Positions 13,446 to 27,832 of a stretch of 64,000 nt of DNA are shown in pieces. The notes beneath the pieces were generated by a model. The model saw only the letters and a program-made list of their open reading frames with translations. It made no database searches and had not been told where the DNA came from. The first letter of the stretch is position 1. Every line of letters starts with the position of its first letter. The stretch lies in assembly GCF_009914755.1 (NCBI RefSeq), contig NC_060937.1; one strand, given 5' to 3'. The position numbers and the translations under genes were made by a program. Source of the DNA: the human T2T-CHM13v2.0 reference genome, Homo sapiens.

Positions 13446-14099
13446 AGTGCTGGCCGGGGACACCGGGGCCCGAGGTGGTGGAGAAAGAGGAGATGGTAGA
13501 GGTGGAGGCGCCGGTGGCGGCGACCGCCGCTACGCGGGGCGGGGGAGCACGGCCCCCGGGAGGAAAACACTGTCTGGGTCTTTCCTCCGGCTGCGGGGAG
13601 TTTCTCCCCCGATAGTTGAGAGGAAACTCCCCAGACCCAGTGCTCCCCGTCGTACCCCCGCCTCCGCCTCCTCCTGCCTGCCTGCCCGCTGGGGCGGGCG
13701 CCCAGCCGTCTGTCTGTCGGTTCGTCCCCCCCGCCTCGGGGGTCCCGTCCCCGCTCCCGGCCCCTGTGTGTGTCCCAGCGGGAGACGGGCCTGGCTCCCC
13801 ACCCCACCCCCGGTACAGGAGTGGGGACCTGGGAGCTGGCGAAGAGGGGAGTGGGCTGAGGGAAGATTGGCCCTGGGGCTGTTGGGAGAAGTTTCAGGGA
13901 CTCCCTCCGCACCCCGGCGGTGTCACCACTTTCTCAGCCCCTCTCGCTACTGAAGCGCTTTTCTCTCTCACACTCCGGTTTTAACTCGGGCAGGGGCTGC
14001 GGAGGCTCCGCCCCTGACACGTCCCCGAGCCACGTGATACACCGCCTCGCCGTTCTACTGGTCAGGCCCTATCCTTTCATTAGCATATTTAAACAGCTC

Positions 14100-15132
14100 A
14101 GGGGCGGGGGAAGCTTGTAGGCCGGCTCCGGGGACAGTTATTGAGCACGCGCAGAGGCGGGGCGTCGGGTGCGCGCGAGCGGGCGGGCGGGCCGACCCGG
14201 AGGCGGGCTTCGGGAAGGGGCGGGGCCGGACTGCGGAAGGACCGCGAGGTGGGGGCGGGGGCCGCGTCCGCGCGCGCGGGGCGGCCGCGGCGGTGAGCCT
14301 GCGCGTCAGGGCCGCCGGCCTCTCCTTGGCTGTTGGAGGTGATAGGGGTCGAGGGGAGGGAAAAAGGGGCTGGCGTCAGCCGCCCCTGTGAGGTGGCCGT
14401 AGCGTGGACGAGTAAGAAGGGTTGAGTAAAGTGGACAAACACCTGGTTAGGAGAAGAGGGCAGGCCCGCAGCCGCCCTCCGGAGGAGGACTCGGGGCCTC
14501 GCGGGCGCCGGAGGAGGTTCCTGGGCCTCGGAGGGCCGCCCCGGCGCGCCGCCCCGGCGCGAGCGGGCGCGGGCGGGGGAGGGGAAGTGAGAGGTTGTTT
14601 ATGACCGGGGACTAATCTCCTCCGCGAGTCCCAGCGCTCCCTCTGGGGAGTGCGGTTGAGGGGCTGTCCTCGCACGGAGCCTCGCTCGGCCTCGGGGGAG
14701 CCACGAGAGGTGGGAGTTGGACCCGCAGCGGGCCAGGAGCCCTGTCATTGGAGGACCCGCCAAAAAGGAAGCAAACCCTCTTTTTCTTTATCCAACCCCA
14801 AATAGCTAGGGCCTAGGGGGAAGACTCACATATCGATAAATGGTTTGTTGCCCGTTTTATTCTCTGGGAAATACAACTGATCTTACCAAAGAAATAACCT
14901 GTCTCTTGCCGTGTTTACTTAGAGCCATAGAATACCTGTTTCAGAGCTGAAGGGGACCTGAGCCCATGATAATCCATTACCTCGTGAGAAAGCGGAAAAA
15001 CTGACTTCAGCTTGCCCAGATGGCGCAGAGAATGGGTTTCCCGTAACCCCGCCTGTGTCTTTCCTTCAGCCTCGTCCCAAATGCCGTGGGAGGGAAGGCA
15101 CTCTCTGTCAAGCTGCTGTCACCTTACCTGAA
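14100..15132 (+). ncRNA. INTS6-AS1: Probable 5' region of the divergent antisense lncRNA (INTS6-AS1); boundaries approximate
   Basis: Recalled annotation of this locus. The sequence offers plus-strand donors in the island (GCG|GTGAGC near 14293) and a candidate exon 15070-15132. Exon structure is not provable here. Confidence 0.5.
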
Positions 15133-16429
15133 GTAAGGAGTCCACGCCTGCATGTCCGAGGAAAACAGTTTTCTCAAACACATTAGTTGAAAAACTGAAG
15201 ACGCTGCCTAAAATACAAGCTGAGTTAGAGACAGCCCTTGTAAGACTAGGTAGGTATTTACAGGGCCTCTCCCACTAGCTTTGTTTTTCCAGAGTTTGTT
15301 CTTTATCCGGAAATTCTTAATTTGCCTACTGATCATTTAAAGAAAGGGTTCTATTAACATTGACACAGAAGAGACACTTTGTGGCACTTTTTAAAAATCT
15401 GAGTCTCGTGACTTGGTATAACTTCTGAAACTTACTGTTAATTTATAGCAGAGCTATTTGAGTAATATGCTCTTCTATGAGTATGAACAATAGAAGAAGT
15501 GTGATTTTTAAAGTGATTTGGACTACAAAATAAGAGCATGGAATATAGGCTTTACAGCCAGTACTTGCTGAGGATGTACTGTGTATTAGGTGTGGTGCAT
15601 ATAAAAAATAAATAAAATGTGGTCCCTGTCTTCAAAGAGCTTATGTTTTCTAGGAAAATGCTACATATTACTAGCTACTCCAAGGCAGAAAGTTGTTAGA
15701 CACCAAATCAGAAAAAATAAAAATGTATTACCTTGGGGTGATGCAGGAACATTTTCCAAGGTTTCAGCTTTGCCTTAGTGTTTCTTAAACGGATCATAGA
15801 TCTGAAGATAAGAATCAGAGTTCTATGGCAAAATACGAGTTATTTTACCAGTTATAAAGATGAAATTTGTCTTTCAACTTGATCATTTGCATAATTTTAT
15901 ACAATTGCTCTTTAGTTCTTTATATTTGTGCTTTTCAAACTGGTCTGTGGACCCCAGCCTACTGAAAACATTCTCTAGGATCATAAGAATTTATTTTAGG
16001 AGTCTGTTCATTATTCAGTTTTAAGAAACACTGTCTTAAAGGACTGGTAGGATTTGGATATGGGTAAAGGAAGGGGAAGCTGCTAGTGAAAAGATCTTCC
16101 CGACATTGAAAATGTGAAGAAAGGAAGTTAAGACAGCATTGCTGAGGGCTTCCTGAGGAACAGTGAAGTTCAGCTAGGTTGGAGCAACAGGTGCATGTAG
16201 AATAGTACAAGATCTAGAAACACAGGTGAGATCTAGACAGTAGAGGGCCTTTATTCCAATCTATGGAGGTTTTTTTTCCCCTATAAATTGGAGATTTATT
16301 TTTCAATTGCGTTGCTAAGTAGAAGCAATGTTTGAAAGAAATCAAACTAGACTACTGAAGATTAACATGCGTTCACAATGACCTTACCTATTATTACAGT
16401 TATTCGAAATCATTTTTCAGTGGAGCCAT

Positions 16430-18265
16430 TGTCACAGGATCCTTGGAGTGTCACTTTTCCAGCTGGAAAAATGGCACCTCTGCCCGAATTTTGGTCGGGC
16501 TCATTCTGCCCACCAGTCCCAGCAGGCTGCACTCTGCTCATACTACGGCCTGGATCCCACACCTGCCAAGTGCAAGCCAGGTGCGGAGCAGCGAGGGGTG
16601 TGTGAGCGAGCAAGCATGGGGTCCGGCCACTGTATACAGCCCGGCATGCCAGCTGCAGGAGGGCGGGCAGCTCTAGGGGCTGGCCCCTTGCAAGGCTGTG
16701 GCTGGTCCAGGTGTACTGCAAGCAGCTTCCACAGCTGGCACCAGGGAATGCAGTGGCACCTGGAAGCTTGGAGATGCCAGGAGCTGCAGAGCCCCAAAGA
16801 GGTTGTCACAGGGAGCTCCTAGGTCTAGGCTTCCTAAAGGGCCACAGCTCTTCTCTCCTCTCTTCCCCCTTCTCTTTCCTTTCTTCTTCTCTTCTTCTCT
16901 CTTCTCTTGTTGTGTTGCCCACAACATGGCAAGCAAGGGGCATATTTCAGCCCGTTTGTGTTACAGCTCTTTCAGCCATGCCATTTGGCAGGTCCCGAGT
17001 TATTGTCCCACATCCAGGAAGAATGAGGTATGTGGACAAGTGGAGGGTGAGCAAGGCAAAGAGGTGCTTTGTTGAGTGACAGAACAGCTCAGAGGAGACC
17101 TGAGGGCAATGAGTAGCTTCTTTCTGCAGGCAGGTCATCCCAATAAGTGTCCAGCTCTCAGCAGAGAGGAGACCCACAATGGGTAGTTCCTCTCAGCAGG
17201 CAGGTGGTCCTGTCATCTGCTCAGCTCTCCACAGAGGAGACCCACAGTGTCCATAGACCCACAGTGGGTAGCTCCTGTCTGCAAGCAGGTCATCTCATTG
17301 TCTGCCCAAGTCTGGTTCACTCCAGGGTTTTTATGGGCTTCTGAGAGGAAGAAGTGTGTGCTGATTGGTCCATGGCGCAGCCATGGGCAGGCCTGGAGAA
17401 AGCACCATAAGTTCTCACTCCGTTGCATGGAACTGGCAGCCTGACCCCTGGCGTTACCGGGGACCCACCCCTTTCCGCCCAGGAGCCTGTGTGGATCCTG
17501 CTGCCATTAACCTGCCATCCACAGTGCCCATGGCGCCCAGGTTGTTCATGCTAAGTGGTACCTACAGGCCTTCACTGAGATGTCCTTATTCCCGCCTCGG
17601 CCTGCCTCCCTCCTGTGCTCATCAGCACCCAAAGTCCAGAGGGGACTGAGGCAGCATGGGGCTTGCGTGTCAATGCTGCCCCAAGCACGTGCACACCTGG
17701 TCGGGTCGTGACAGCACCCAGGCTTAGTCACAACTTTGCTCTGAAATCAGAGCGGGTGCTGGGAGCGGGGAGAGGCCAGGCAGTGGGAGCAGGCACTTCC
17801 AAGCCTGCGGGAGCAGGGAGCTTCCTGGTCCCCTGAGAGTGGGTCTTCTCTCTGTGGAGAGCTGAGAAGATGACGGGATGACTTGCCTGCTGAGAGGAAC
17901 TACCCACTGTGGGTCTCCTCTCTGCTGAGAGCTGGACACTTATTGGGATGACTTGCCTGCAGAAAGAAGCTACCCATTGCCCTCAGGTCTCCTCTGAGCT
18001 GTTCTGTCGCTCAGCAAAGCACCTCTTTGCCTTGCTTACCCTCCACTTGTCCGGAGATGAATGGGTCCACAACCATGACTGGGTGGCTGCAGCTGCACTC
18101 AGGAGGGCAGGACTCCCACTCTTCCAACTTGGAAGCGGGCAGGGCTTCTGCCTGTTCCCAGCTCTTGCTGGCTCCATAGAGCACCGCCGCGGCTGTAGCC
18201 GTGCCTCCCCGATTATAGCCAGCGTCAGGGCAGCAGCCACTTCAGACGGGCTGCTGCCATCATCA
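16430..18265 (-). mobile_element. Solo ERV1-class LTR, MER52-like (1836 bp)
   Basis: Minus strand starts TGATGATGGCAGCAG and ends GGATCCTGTGACA (TG..CA). 4-bp TSD CCAT at 16426-16429 and 18266-18269. GC-rich, with internal ~68-bp subrepeats at about 17105-17310. Confidence 0.8.
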
Positions 18266-18639
18266 CCATCATGGCTCGCTCTTCCCTGACTCGATGGTGT
18301 TAGCAGGTTGTCATACTAGGGTCATAAGTGAAAGTATGTAGTAGAGATAGGGTTAGATGCAAAGGTAAGGAAAACCAAGTCCAGTGAGCCAGCCATAATC
18401 AGAACCTATGCTTATGATGATGACTTCTGAGATCAGAGATTACATGTCCAGTTCAGAAGTCCAGACATAGTGGAAGGTGAGGCGATGAGGCAGACCAGGA
18501 AAGAAATGAGGACATACATAGGCGGTAGTCAGAAACTAGGAAGCATTGACAAGCAGTCCCTAGACAAAGTTGTGAAATAAGCCAAGTTTATTATTAGTGA
18601 CTCTGGTTGACAGTTTAGCTATTGGTGGATGATAGCCTA

Positions 18640-18825
18640 AAGCAGTGGTTATTAGCCAAGAAATGCACATCGGCATCTCCCATAAGGCTTAAAAAAATAA
18701 TGTGCCAAGTGCCCATCCCCAGAGGAAAGGAATTCAGTAGATTTGAGATAGGCCTTGGTCATTTCATTTTTTTTTTAAAGTTCTTCAGGTGAATCTTATA
18801 CATAATTCTGATTAGGAACCACATG
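18640..18825. mobile_element. MER5-like hAT-Charlie fossil
   Basis: GCAGTGGTT.. start and ..AGGTGAATCT..GGAACCAC end resemble MER5. Confidence 0.5.
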
Positions 18826-20322
18826 CTTAATGTATAAGAATAATGTATGTACCTGGCATCTAGTAGTACTCAGTAAATAACTTAAAAAATTCACAAAACT
18901 TTAGAGTTAACTGCATTTTTAAGTAGAACTCCTAAAATAAATCTGCACACTAGAGGAAAAAAAAAAAACCCTGGGTGATCACCAATATATTTAACAATGG
19001 ATTTGTATCATATGCATATTTATGAATTCAACTATGTTTTGCAAAAAAGAAAAAGAGAAAACCAAATACTGCTGGAGATTCCCGCTCTTCCCTTAGTGAG
19101 CTTAGGCCCTGGAGTGAGCAAAAGATGAAAAACATGAATCTCTTCTTCACTCAACTTCTATCTGTGATTCTAGAAAGATTCTGGTTATATTCAGCCTTAT
19201 TTTTCTAAAATGTGGCCCCCAAATGCAAGACAAGTATTTCACCAGACTCACCTGAAGAAACAGTGAGCTCTTGCAGTGCTAGAGAGAAAACTAGTTAGAG
19301 TAGTCTGTGCTGAGCCTTGTAATGTTACAGTCTAAAGAATTAGGGAAGATTTTTCTGGGAGGGCAATGGTCAGAATAGGTATATTGGAGAAAACTTCATC
19401 TTTGCTGCTGCTTTTAAAGGAATGTTTTCTTAATGCTCTTGCTCCAATTTAAAAGGGCATAAATAAATTATATGAAAACTTTTGAAAGAATGGTGACCCT
19501 GGCTTAAATAATAACCTAAATTGTTGAAATGGAGCTATTCTAACAGAATTAAAACTGATGAATTAGATTCATTTGTAAGAGCCAACCAGAGCCCTTTTAA
19601 ATTATTTTAAACCAATTAAGCAGGGTAACACAGTTTAAAAATAATTATGTGCCAATGACTTGGTTTATGATATCTAGATGTGCCATCTGAGCAGAATAAT
19701 CAGATACACTTAGTGTTCCTCATATGTAACCTAACAAAGTTTCTTTTAGCTGTCTTACCATTTCCTCAGCGCTCTGCTATACTACTCTCTTTGAGATCAC
19801 ATTAGTCAACGATATGGAGAGGTTGAGAACATCAAATAACATATAAAAGTTATAAGCATAAAAAAATTAGATGCGAAACTGTCCAGCCAATGTAATCAGT
19901 TAATACATATCTAAGGAAATTTAATTTTGGTCATACTAATGTTACATCAGCCCTCAAAAGAAAATGCTGGTAGAGATGACTATTAAGAAGAAATTAGATC
20001 TTTCCAATGAATGGTGTTTCACAGTAATAGTTGAAGTCTCAGACAATTCAAGATCAGCCCTGAAAATGGGTACATCCAGATTGACAATTAGAATCAAAGT
20101 GGAACAGCAGAAGAACATGAACATTGCAGTCATTCTTTCAACTAATATTAATTCCACACCTAATATATGACAGCCACTGTGTTAGGTCCTCAGAGAATTT
20201 ATAATCTAGTGGAAAGACAAGACAGATAACAGATAATGAGAATACAATATTATGATGTCAGCAGACCCCAGGCATAAAATAAGATGACTTATAGGGTTCG
20301 TTTGACAATTTGAGGTAACATA

Positions 20323-20838
20323 CCATATTTTATCAATTTTAAGACCATGAGTTGTAACAAACACCATTATTTTTGGACCATGGAGGGGGCCGGAGGGAAA
20401 TGCTGCTACTTAAACTATGACACATAGAATTTTTCCACATTGTATTGAATTCTGCTAAGAGCATTAGTGATGCAACATTTTTTAAAATAATATTCCACTA
20501 TTATCTTTGGGTTTTTTTTGCAAGCTGTTGGGGTCCATTCTATGAGTTTCAATGCTGGTGCTTTCTTATTGCAACTCAGAGGTATCAATGAAGGGTTTTC
20601 AGATCACAACCAGGATTTAAATCCTTTCTTTAAATGATTAGTTGACTGAAATGTCAAGGGTTTGCAGTTGTCTAATCATGCCACCAGGAATAACCAGGAA
20701 GTTTGCACATGTTCAGGCTAAGACAACTACATCACAACTACCTTCTGGTGACAGCATTGTAAGACACCATGATTGTAAGATGCCATTCCAGTTTTAGAAA
20801 TATTGGAAAGATGTACATCTTAGATTTGGCAAAATATC
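20323..20838 (-). mobile_element. Tc2/pogo-type (Kanga-like) DNA transposon with transposase remnant
   Basis: Degenerate terminal inverted repeats (CCATATTTTATCAATTTTAAGA / TCTTAGATTTGGCAAAATAT). Minus strand 20694-20641 translates VIPGGMIRQLQTLDISVN, resembling the pogo DDE motif IPGGxTxxLQPLDVSVN. Confidence 0.7.
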
Positions 20839-21424
20839 ATTTATTGCTGGCAGCTATTAAAATATGTGTTATTAGGAGAATGTACAAAGAGCACTGTGAG
20901 CACTGAGGATAGAGCACCTAACTCTCACAAAGGAAGTGATATTTGGGCAGACAGAAGTCATGAGGATGCATGAATGGGTAAGAAAGGGCAGTTTCGAGCT
21001 GCAACTACATGTGTGGGAGAGTGGTAGGACCGGATGCTGGGCCATGTCAAGAAGAGTTTCATGTGCTCAACTAAAAAATTTTTGAATCTTATTATTTGGG
21101 TGATAGACAAAGTTTTGGGGTCAGGGAGTGACCCTGATGATATAATTTGGCTATATCAAATCTCATGTTGAAATCTGATCCCCAATATTGATGGTGGGGT
21201 CTGGTGGGAGGTGATTGGATTACGGGGACAAGTCCCTCATGAATGGCTTGGTGCCATTGTCTGAGGATTGAGTGAATTCTCACTCTTTGTTTCTGCAAGG
21301 TCTGGTTGTTAAAAAGAGCCTGGGACCTTTCTCCCGTTTCCCTCTTGCTTCCTCTCTCGTCATCTGACATACCACTCTCTTTCCCCTTCCACCATCATTG
21401 GAAGCTTCCAAAAGCAGAGGCTCG

Positions 21425-22694
<1,270 letters not shown>

Positions 22695-22863
22695 TAAACC
22701 TCTTTTCTTTATAAATTACCCAGCCTTGGGTATTCTTTTATAGCAATGCAAAACAGACTAAGACACCCAATAATCAGATTCTTATTTTAGAAAGATAAAT
22801 TCAGTAGTGATTTGGAGAATGGATTAGAATGAGAAGACAGTGGGCAAGGAGACGAGTTAGACA

Positions 22864-23160
22864 ATTTCTTTTTTTTTTTTTTTTTAGATGGAATCTCATT
22901 CTGTAGCCTAGGCTGGAGTGCAGTGGCACAATCTGGTCACTACAACCTCTGCCTCCCAGGTTCAAGCAATCCTTGTGTCTCAGCCTTCCAAGTAGCTGGG
23001 ATTACAGGCATGCACCACCACACTCAGCTAATTTTTGTGTTTTTAGTAGAGATAGGGTTTTGCCATGTTGCCCAGGCTGGTCTCAAACTCCTTGACTCAA
23101 GTGACCCACCCTCAGCCTCCCAAAGTGCTGGGAGCCACCGCGTGAGCCACAGTGCCCAGT
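22864..23160 (-). mobile_element. Antisense Alu
   Basis: Full dimer; TSD GACAATTTCT. Confidence 0.9.
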
Positions 23161-23756
23161 TGACAATTTCTGCATTAATCCACAGAACACATAAAAGCAC
23201 TGTGGAAGTGGCAACAGGGAAGGTGAGAAGAGGATTATCAAAGACATTGTGATGATAGAATGGACAGGACTTGGTGAACTGAGTTGATGCAGGCAGAATC
23301 ATGATATTGTGTGATTAAAGCCATCTTGTGTCATATAAGGTGAATATCATCAAGCTACTGATAATTGTAAATTCTAATAAGATGTATAACTCATTTCTAA
23401 AGGACAAATGGTGTTTATTCAGTCATTTGCTTAACAAATATTTATTGAATGTCTACTGTGTGTAGGAGCTGGGAATGTAGGAATGAATAAAACGGGAAAT
23501 AATGCCTGTCCTTATGAAGTTTACATTCTAGTGGGAGAGGTAGACAAGTATAATATGTGGTATATTCACGTTAAGTGTTAAAGAGGAAGAATAAAGCAGG
23601 GAAAGGAAATGAAGTGCTGCAGAGGGAGGTTTGGAGTTTAAGACATGGAGAACGGAAAGGCGTCACTGAGGGTGTCAATGATGTTTCAGTAGAGAGTGGA
23701 CAGAGCTGTGCAGATACCTCAGGAAAACCCAATTTTATCTATTTATTTTACTGGAG

Positions 23757-24414
<658 letters not shown>

Positions 24415-24743
24415 TGAAGTTTAGGTAAACATTTGCAGTTTGCTATGCTGATATTGAAGTATTATCTGTTGGTAAATATTCTTTGCTGATACTTAATAAG
24501 TATTCTTATTAATAACAAGTATTAATAATATGTATTCCTCACTAATGCTTAATACAAATCCTTACTAATAGCAGTATTAGTATTAATTAGTATTAATCAG
24601 TATTCTTTGCCAATAAGGGTTCTGACAGAAAATCAGTTGTTCATTAAATATTATTGAGATACTTCTTGATCTTATAGTAGACAGGTACTGTTTTAGATTC
24701 TGGGGATTCAGTCGTAACTGAGATAGATGTAATCCCTACCCTC

Positions 24744-24964
24744 AAAGGGTTGCCAGAGAAAACACAGGACTCAATTGAATTGGAATTTCAGATAAAAAAC
24801 ACATAATTTTTAGTATAAATATGTTTATGTGATACTTATACTGAATATACCATGTGATATTTGGAATATACTTATACTAAAATGTACACTAAATGTGTTG
24901 ATAACCTGAAATCCAAATTTAACTGGGCTTCCTATGTTTTTATTTGCTGAGTCTGGCAATTCTA
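24744..24964. mobile_element. MER53-like palindromic hAT MITE
   Basis: AGGGTTGCCAGA..AATTGGAATTTCAGATAAA at left; inverted counterpart ..CTGAAATCCAAATTTAACTGGG..TCTGGCAATTCT at right. Confidence 0.65.
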
Positions 24965-26169
24965 TGCCCTCACTACGCTTATAAGCTAACATGCTGGAAG
25001 CAGAGATTTGTAAATACAAATAGCATACAGTGAACAATGCTGTATAACCTGGGGAGCCATAAATTAGAAGGCACTGGGACCCTAAATGTATGGAGAAAAA
25101 CTGTCAGCCAACCAGGAACATCCACCCTTAAAGCAAGAAATAAACTTCTGTCGTATTTGAGCCATTATGTTTTGGAACCATTTGTGCCATGGTCTATTTG
25201 TTATGCCAGCTTAACCTAACTAACAATATGTCCTGAAATCTACTATCATTTCCAAATTTACTACAGAATCAAAAGTTTTAATATAATATACCAACAACTA
25301 ATAAAATATATGTAAATAAAGGCAACAGGAAGATGGGGCAAACCCTAAAAATGCTTATGCTGTAGTCATCATTCTATTAACAATATAGCTTTAAACCTAA
25401 GTATTTTCAAAATGGTCATGAGGGACATCAGATCATTTTAGGAAAATTACATAACTCGATGGCTTCCCTAAGCAACTAATACTACACATTTATACATTAT
25501 TCCTGGCGATTAAAACATTTTCTTTCAGCTAATTATCGAATGTAAAGACAGGTTTTGTAGGCTCTAAAATTTTAATTAAGACATGGTTTTTGCCTTCAGA
25601 AAGTATATGGCCTAATAGAGGAAATAAGGATACAAAATACTAGCAGAATATGATCAGTGCCAAAAGATATGTGCAAATTATATCTCTAATTGGAGTGAGA
25701 AATTCATTCAGATTAGAGGGGATTAAAAAGAAGCTGAATGAGGAAGCATTTTTTCCCTCAAAGCTTTACAATTTTCTGTCTTTTGAATTTAAAAGTAGAG
25801 CTTATTGTCAAGAATTTGCAAAATACAAATAGAGAAAAACAAATATCACTTCTAATCTCACTACCTAGAGATAGCCACTAATAACATTTTTGTATGTATT
25901 CCCTCCTTTATGTTTTAAATAAAATTGGGGTCTTATTATCTATTCTTTTTTTCGTGTTTTTCCACTTAACATAAGGTGAGCATTTTTCATATCATTAAAT
26001 AATTTGTAAAAATATGACTTTTTCATAAATGCATAATTTATCCCATAGATGTATTGTGATTTATTTTCCTGTTAAGACATTTTGTTAATGTCTAAATGTT
26101 TTACTTTTATAAATAATGTTGCATTGAACAGCCCTATACATAGATATTTGTAATAATTCAACTACTATT

Positions 26170-26880
26170 TTTTGAACACTAGTTACTGCTCTGAATGTTG
26201 GAGATACATTAGTGAACAAACAGTCCAAAGTCCCTGCCCTCATGGGGAGGAGGAAAGAGAGACAATAAGGATGTAAACTATAAATTACATCAAATAGTGA
26301 TGAGTGCTCTGGAGAAAACTAAATCAGGGATGGGGAATAAGAAGTGATGATGTAGGGGCCTTGGGATTATAGTTTTAAATAGGATGGTCAGGAAAGAATG
26401 ATAAAATGGCATTTGATCAAATACCTGAAGGTGGTGAGGCAGCAAACCAGATGGATATTGGAGGAAAACATTCCAGGCAAAGAGAAGCATGTAAAGACCC
26501 TGAGTTTGGAGTGGATCTGGCATATTTAAGGAACAGCAGCAAGCAGGCCAGAATAGCTGAAGCAGAGTTCATAGGAAAGCTGTAGGAGGTGAAGAAATCC
26601 AAGAGGAACTTCTGATGCTAAGTGGAATTTGGCCTCTATGCCCAGAGATAGGAAAGCATTGGAGGGTTTTGCACAGAGGGCTATCTGATCATTTTGGCTA
26701 TTCTGTGAAAGTAAACTATAGAGGGTAGAAACAGGGAAAGTCAGGAGGTTATTGCTGTAATCCAGGTGGGCAATGATGTTGGCTTTTAGACAGTGGGGAT
26801 AACAGTAAAGGTGGTGAGAAATGGGTTTTTATTGGCTTAGTGTGGGGTTTGAGAAAAAGGAGTCAGGGATGACTTAAGGC
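26170..26880 (+). mobile_element. L2-like LINE fragment
   Basis: Typical decayed L2 motifs (GTCCCTGCCCTCATGG, CATTCCAGGCA, GGAAAGCATTGGAGGGTTTT). Confidence 0.6.
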
Positions 26881-27521
26881 ATCTCCAGTTCCTTAGGATA
26901 AATGTCAAGAATGGGAATTTATTAATGCATTTTTAGAGCTCTTTATACATATGGCCAGATTGTTCACCTGGAAAGTTTAGTTTATATTTGCAGTATTCTC
27001 CATGAGAAAACAGTTTATAAAAGTTTTTGAGAAAGAGCGTTTCAGCTAGAAATTTTTAATAGCTTTGCAAATTACTTAAGCCTTCATAGAGAATTATTAG
27101 ATATCTGAACCAGTCACTTAAAGCTTGCATGTATATGTTACTACATTTTAACCAGGAAAATCTTTCTGATAGAGTTTACCAAAGTCCAGGTGTTTCCCTT
27201 TTGAGCCTGTACTATTGAAATAACTAAAACATGGAGTGGGATTTGATAAATGCCAAAAAAAAAAAAAAAAAAAAAAAAAAAGAGTTCCAAATACTATGAG
27301 GAGCATTTACCCAAGAGAAAAGGACAAGAAAGAGGAACTTTATAAATTATTAGAGAAGAGGGTATAGAACCAGGGACCTGACTTCTCAAAGCAAAGAGAA
27401 AAAAAAATTTATCTTTTGCTCTTAGAAAAGCAAGTAGGTTTTTTAAAAAATTACCAAAACATCAAATGAAGCAAAGACTAAGATGTTAGATTAAGAAAGC
27501 CATTGTTGTCTTCTATAAGTC

Positions 27522-27832
27522 TTTTTTTTTTTTTTTTTTTTTTTTTTTGAGACGGAGTCTCACTCTGTCTCCCAGGCTGGAGTGCAGTGGCGCATCTCCA
27601 CTCACTGCAAGCTCCACCTCCCGGGTTCACGCCATTCTCCTGCCTTAGCCTCCCACGTAGCTGGGACTACAGGTGCCTGCCATCACGCCTGGCCAATTTT
27701 TTTGTATTTTTTTTAGTAGAGACGGGGTTTCACGGTGTTAGCCAGGATGGTCTCGATCTCCTGACCTTGTGATCCGCCCGCCTCGGCCTCCCAAAGTGCT
27801 GGGATTACAGGCATGAGCCACCACTCCTGGCC
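27522..27832 (-). mobile_element. AluY-type SINE
   Basis: CTGCAAGCTCC, TTCACGCCATTCTCC and GTTAGCCAGGATGGTCTCGATC diagnostics; TSD CTATA(A/C)GTCTTTTT. Confidence 0.92.

Larger units (their letters stand above)
12440..14760. promoter_or_regulatory. CpG island / probable bidirectional promoter (INTS6 on minus, antisense lncRNA on plus)
   Basis: Abrupt switch to GC- and CpG-rich sequence. GC boxes (GGGGCGGGG at 14101 and others), E-box CACGTG 14031-14036, ETS-like GGAAGT near 14583. Covers INTS6 exons 1-2. Confidence 0.92.

Noticed and set aside
13029-13463. 144-aa ORF MSPASTMPILL... as a single-exon gene
   Set aside because: It is INTS6 exon 1 read through into intron 1, with a non-ATG start assigned by the ORF caller.
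12440-14675. Many overlapping 100-230 aa ORFs in the CpG island (including poly-Ala and poly-Arg frames)
   Set aside because: Expected in very GC-rich, stop-poor DNA; most begin at GTG/TTG. Only the spliced INTS6 segments match a known protein.
17105-17310. ~68-bp repeated units that could suggest a CRISPR-like array
   Set aside because: Degenerate tandem subrepeats of the LTR with no unique spacers and no cas genes; primate genomic context.
16378-18289. Dense cluster of ORFs on both strands
   Set aside because: All lie within a GC-rich solo LTR; the duplicated peptide reflects the inverted repeat, not a gene pair.
27255-27281. Isolated long poly-A (also 8654-8677 and poly-T near 61698-61726)
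   Set aside because: No attached element body or TSD that I can identify; treated as simple mononucleotide runs.
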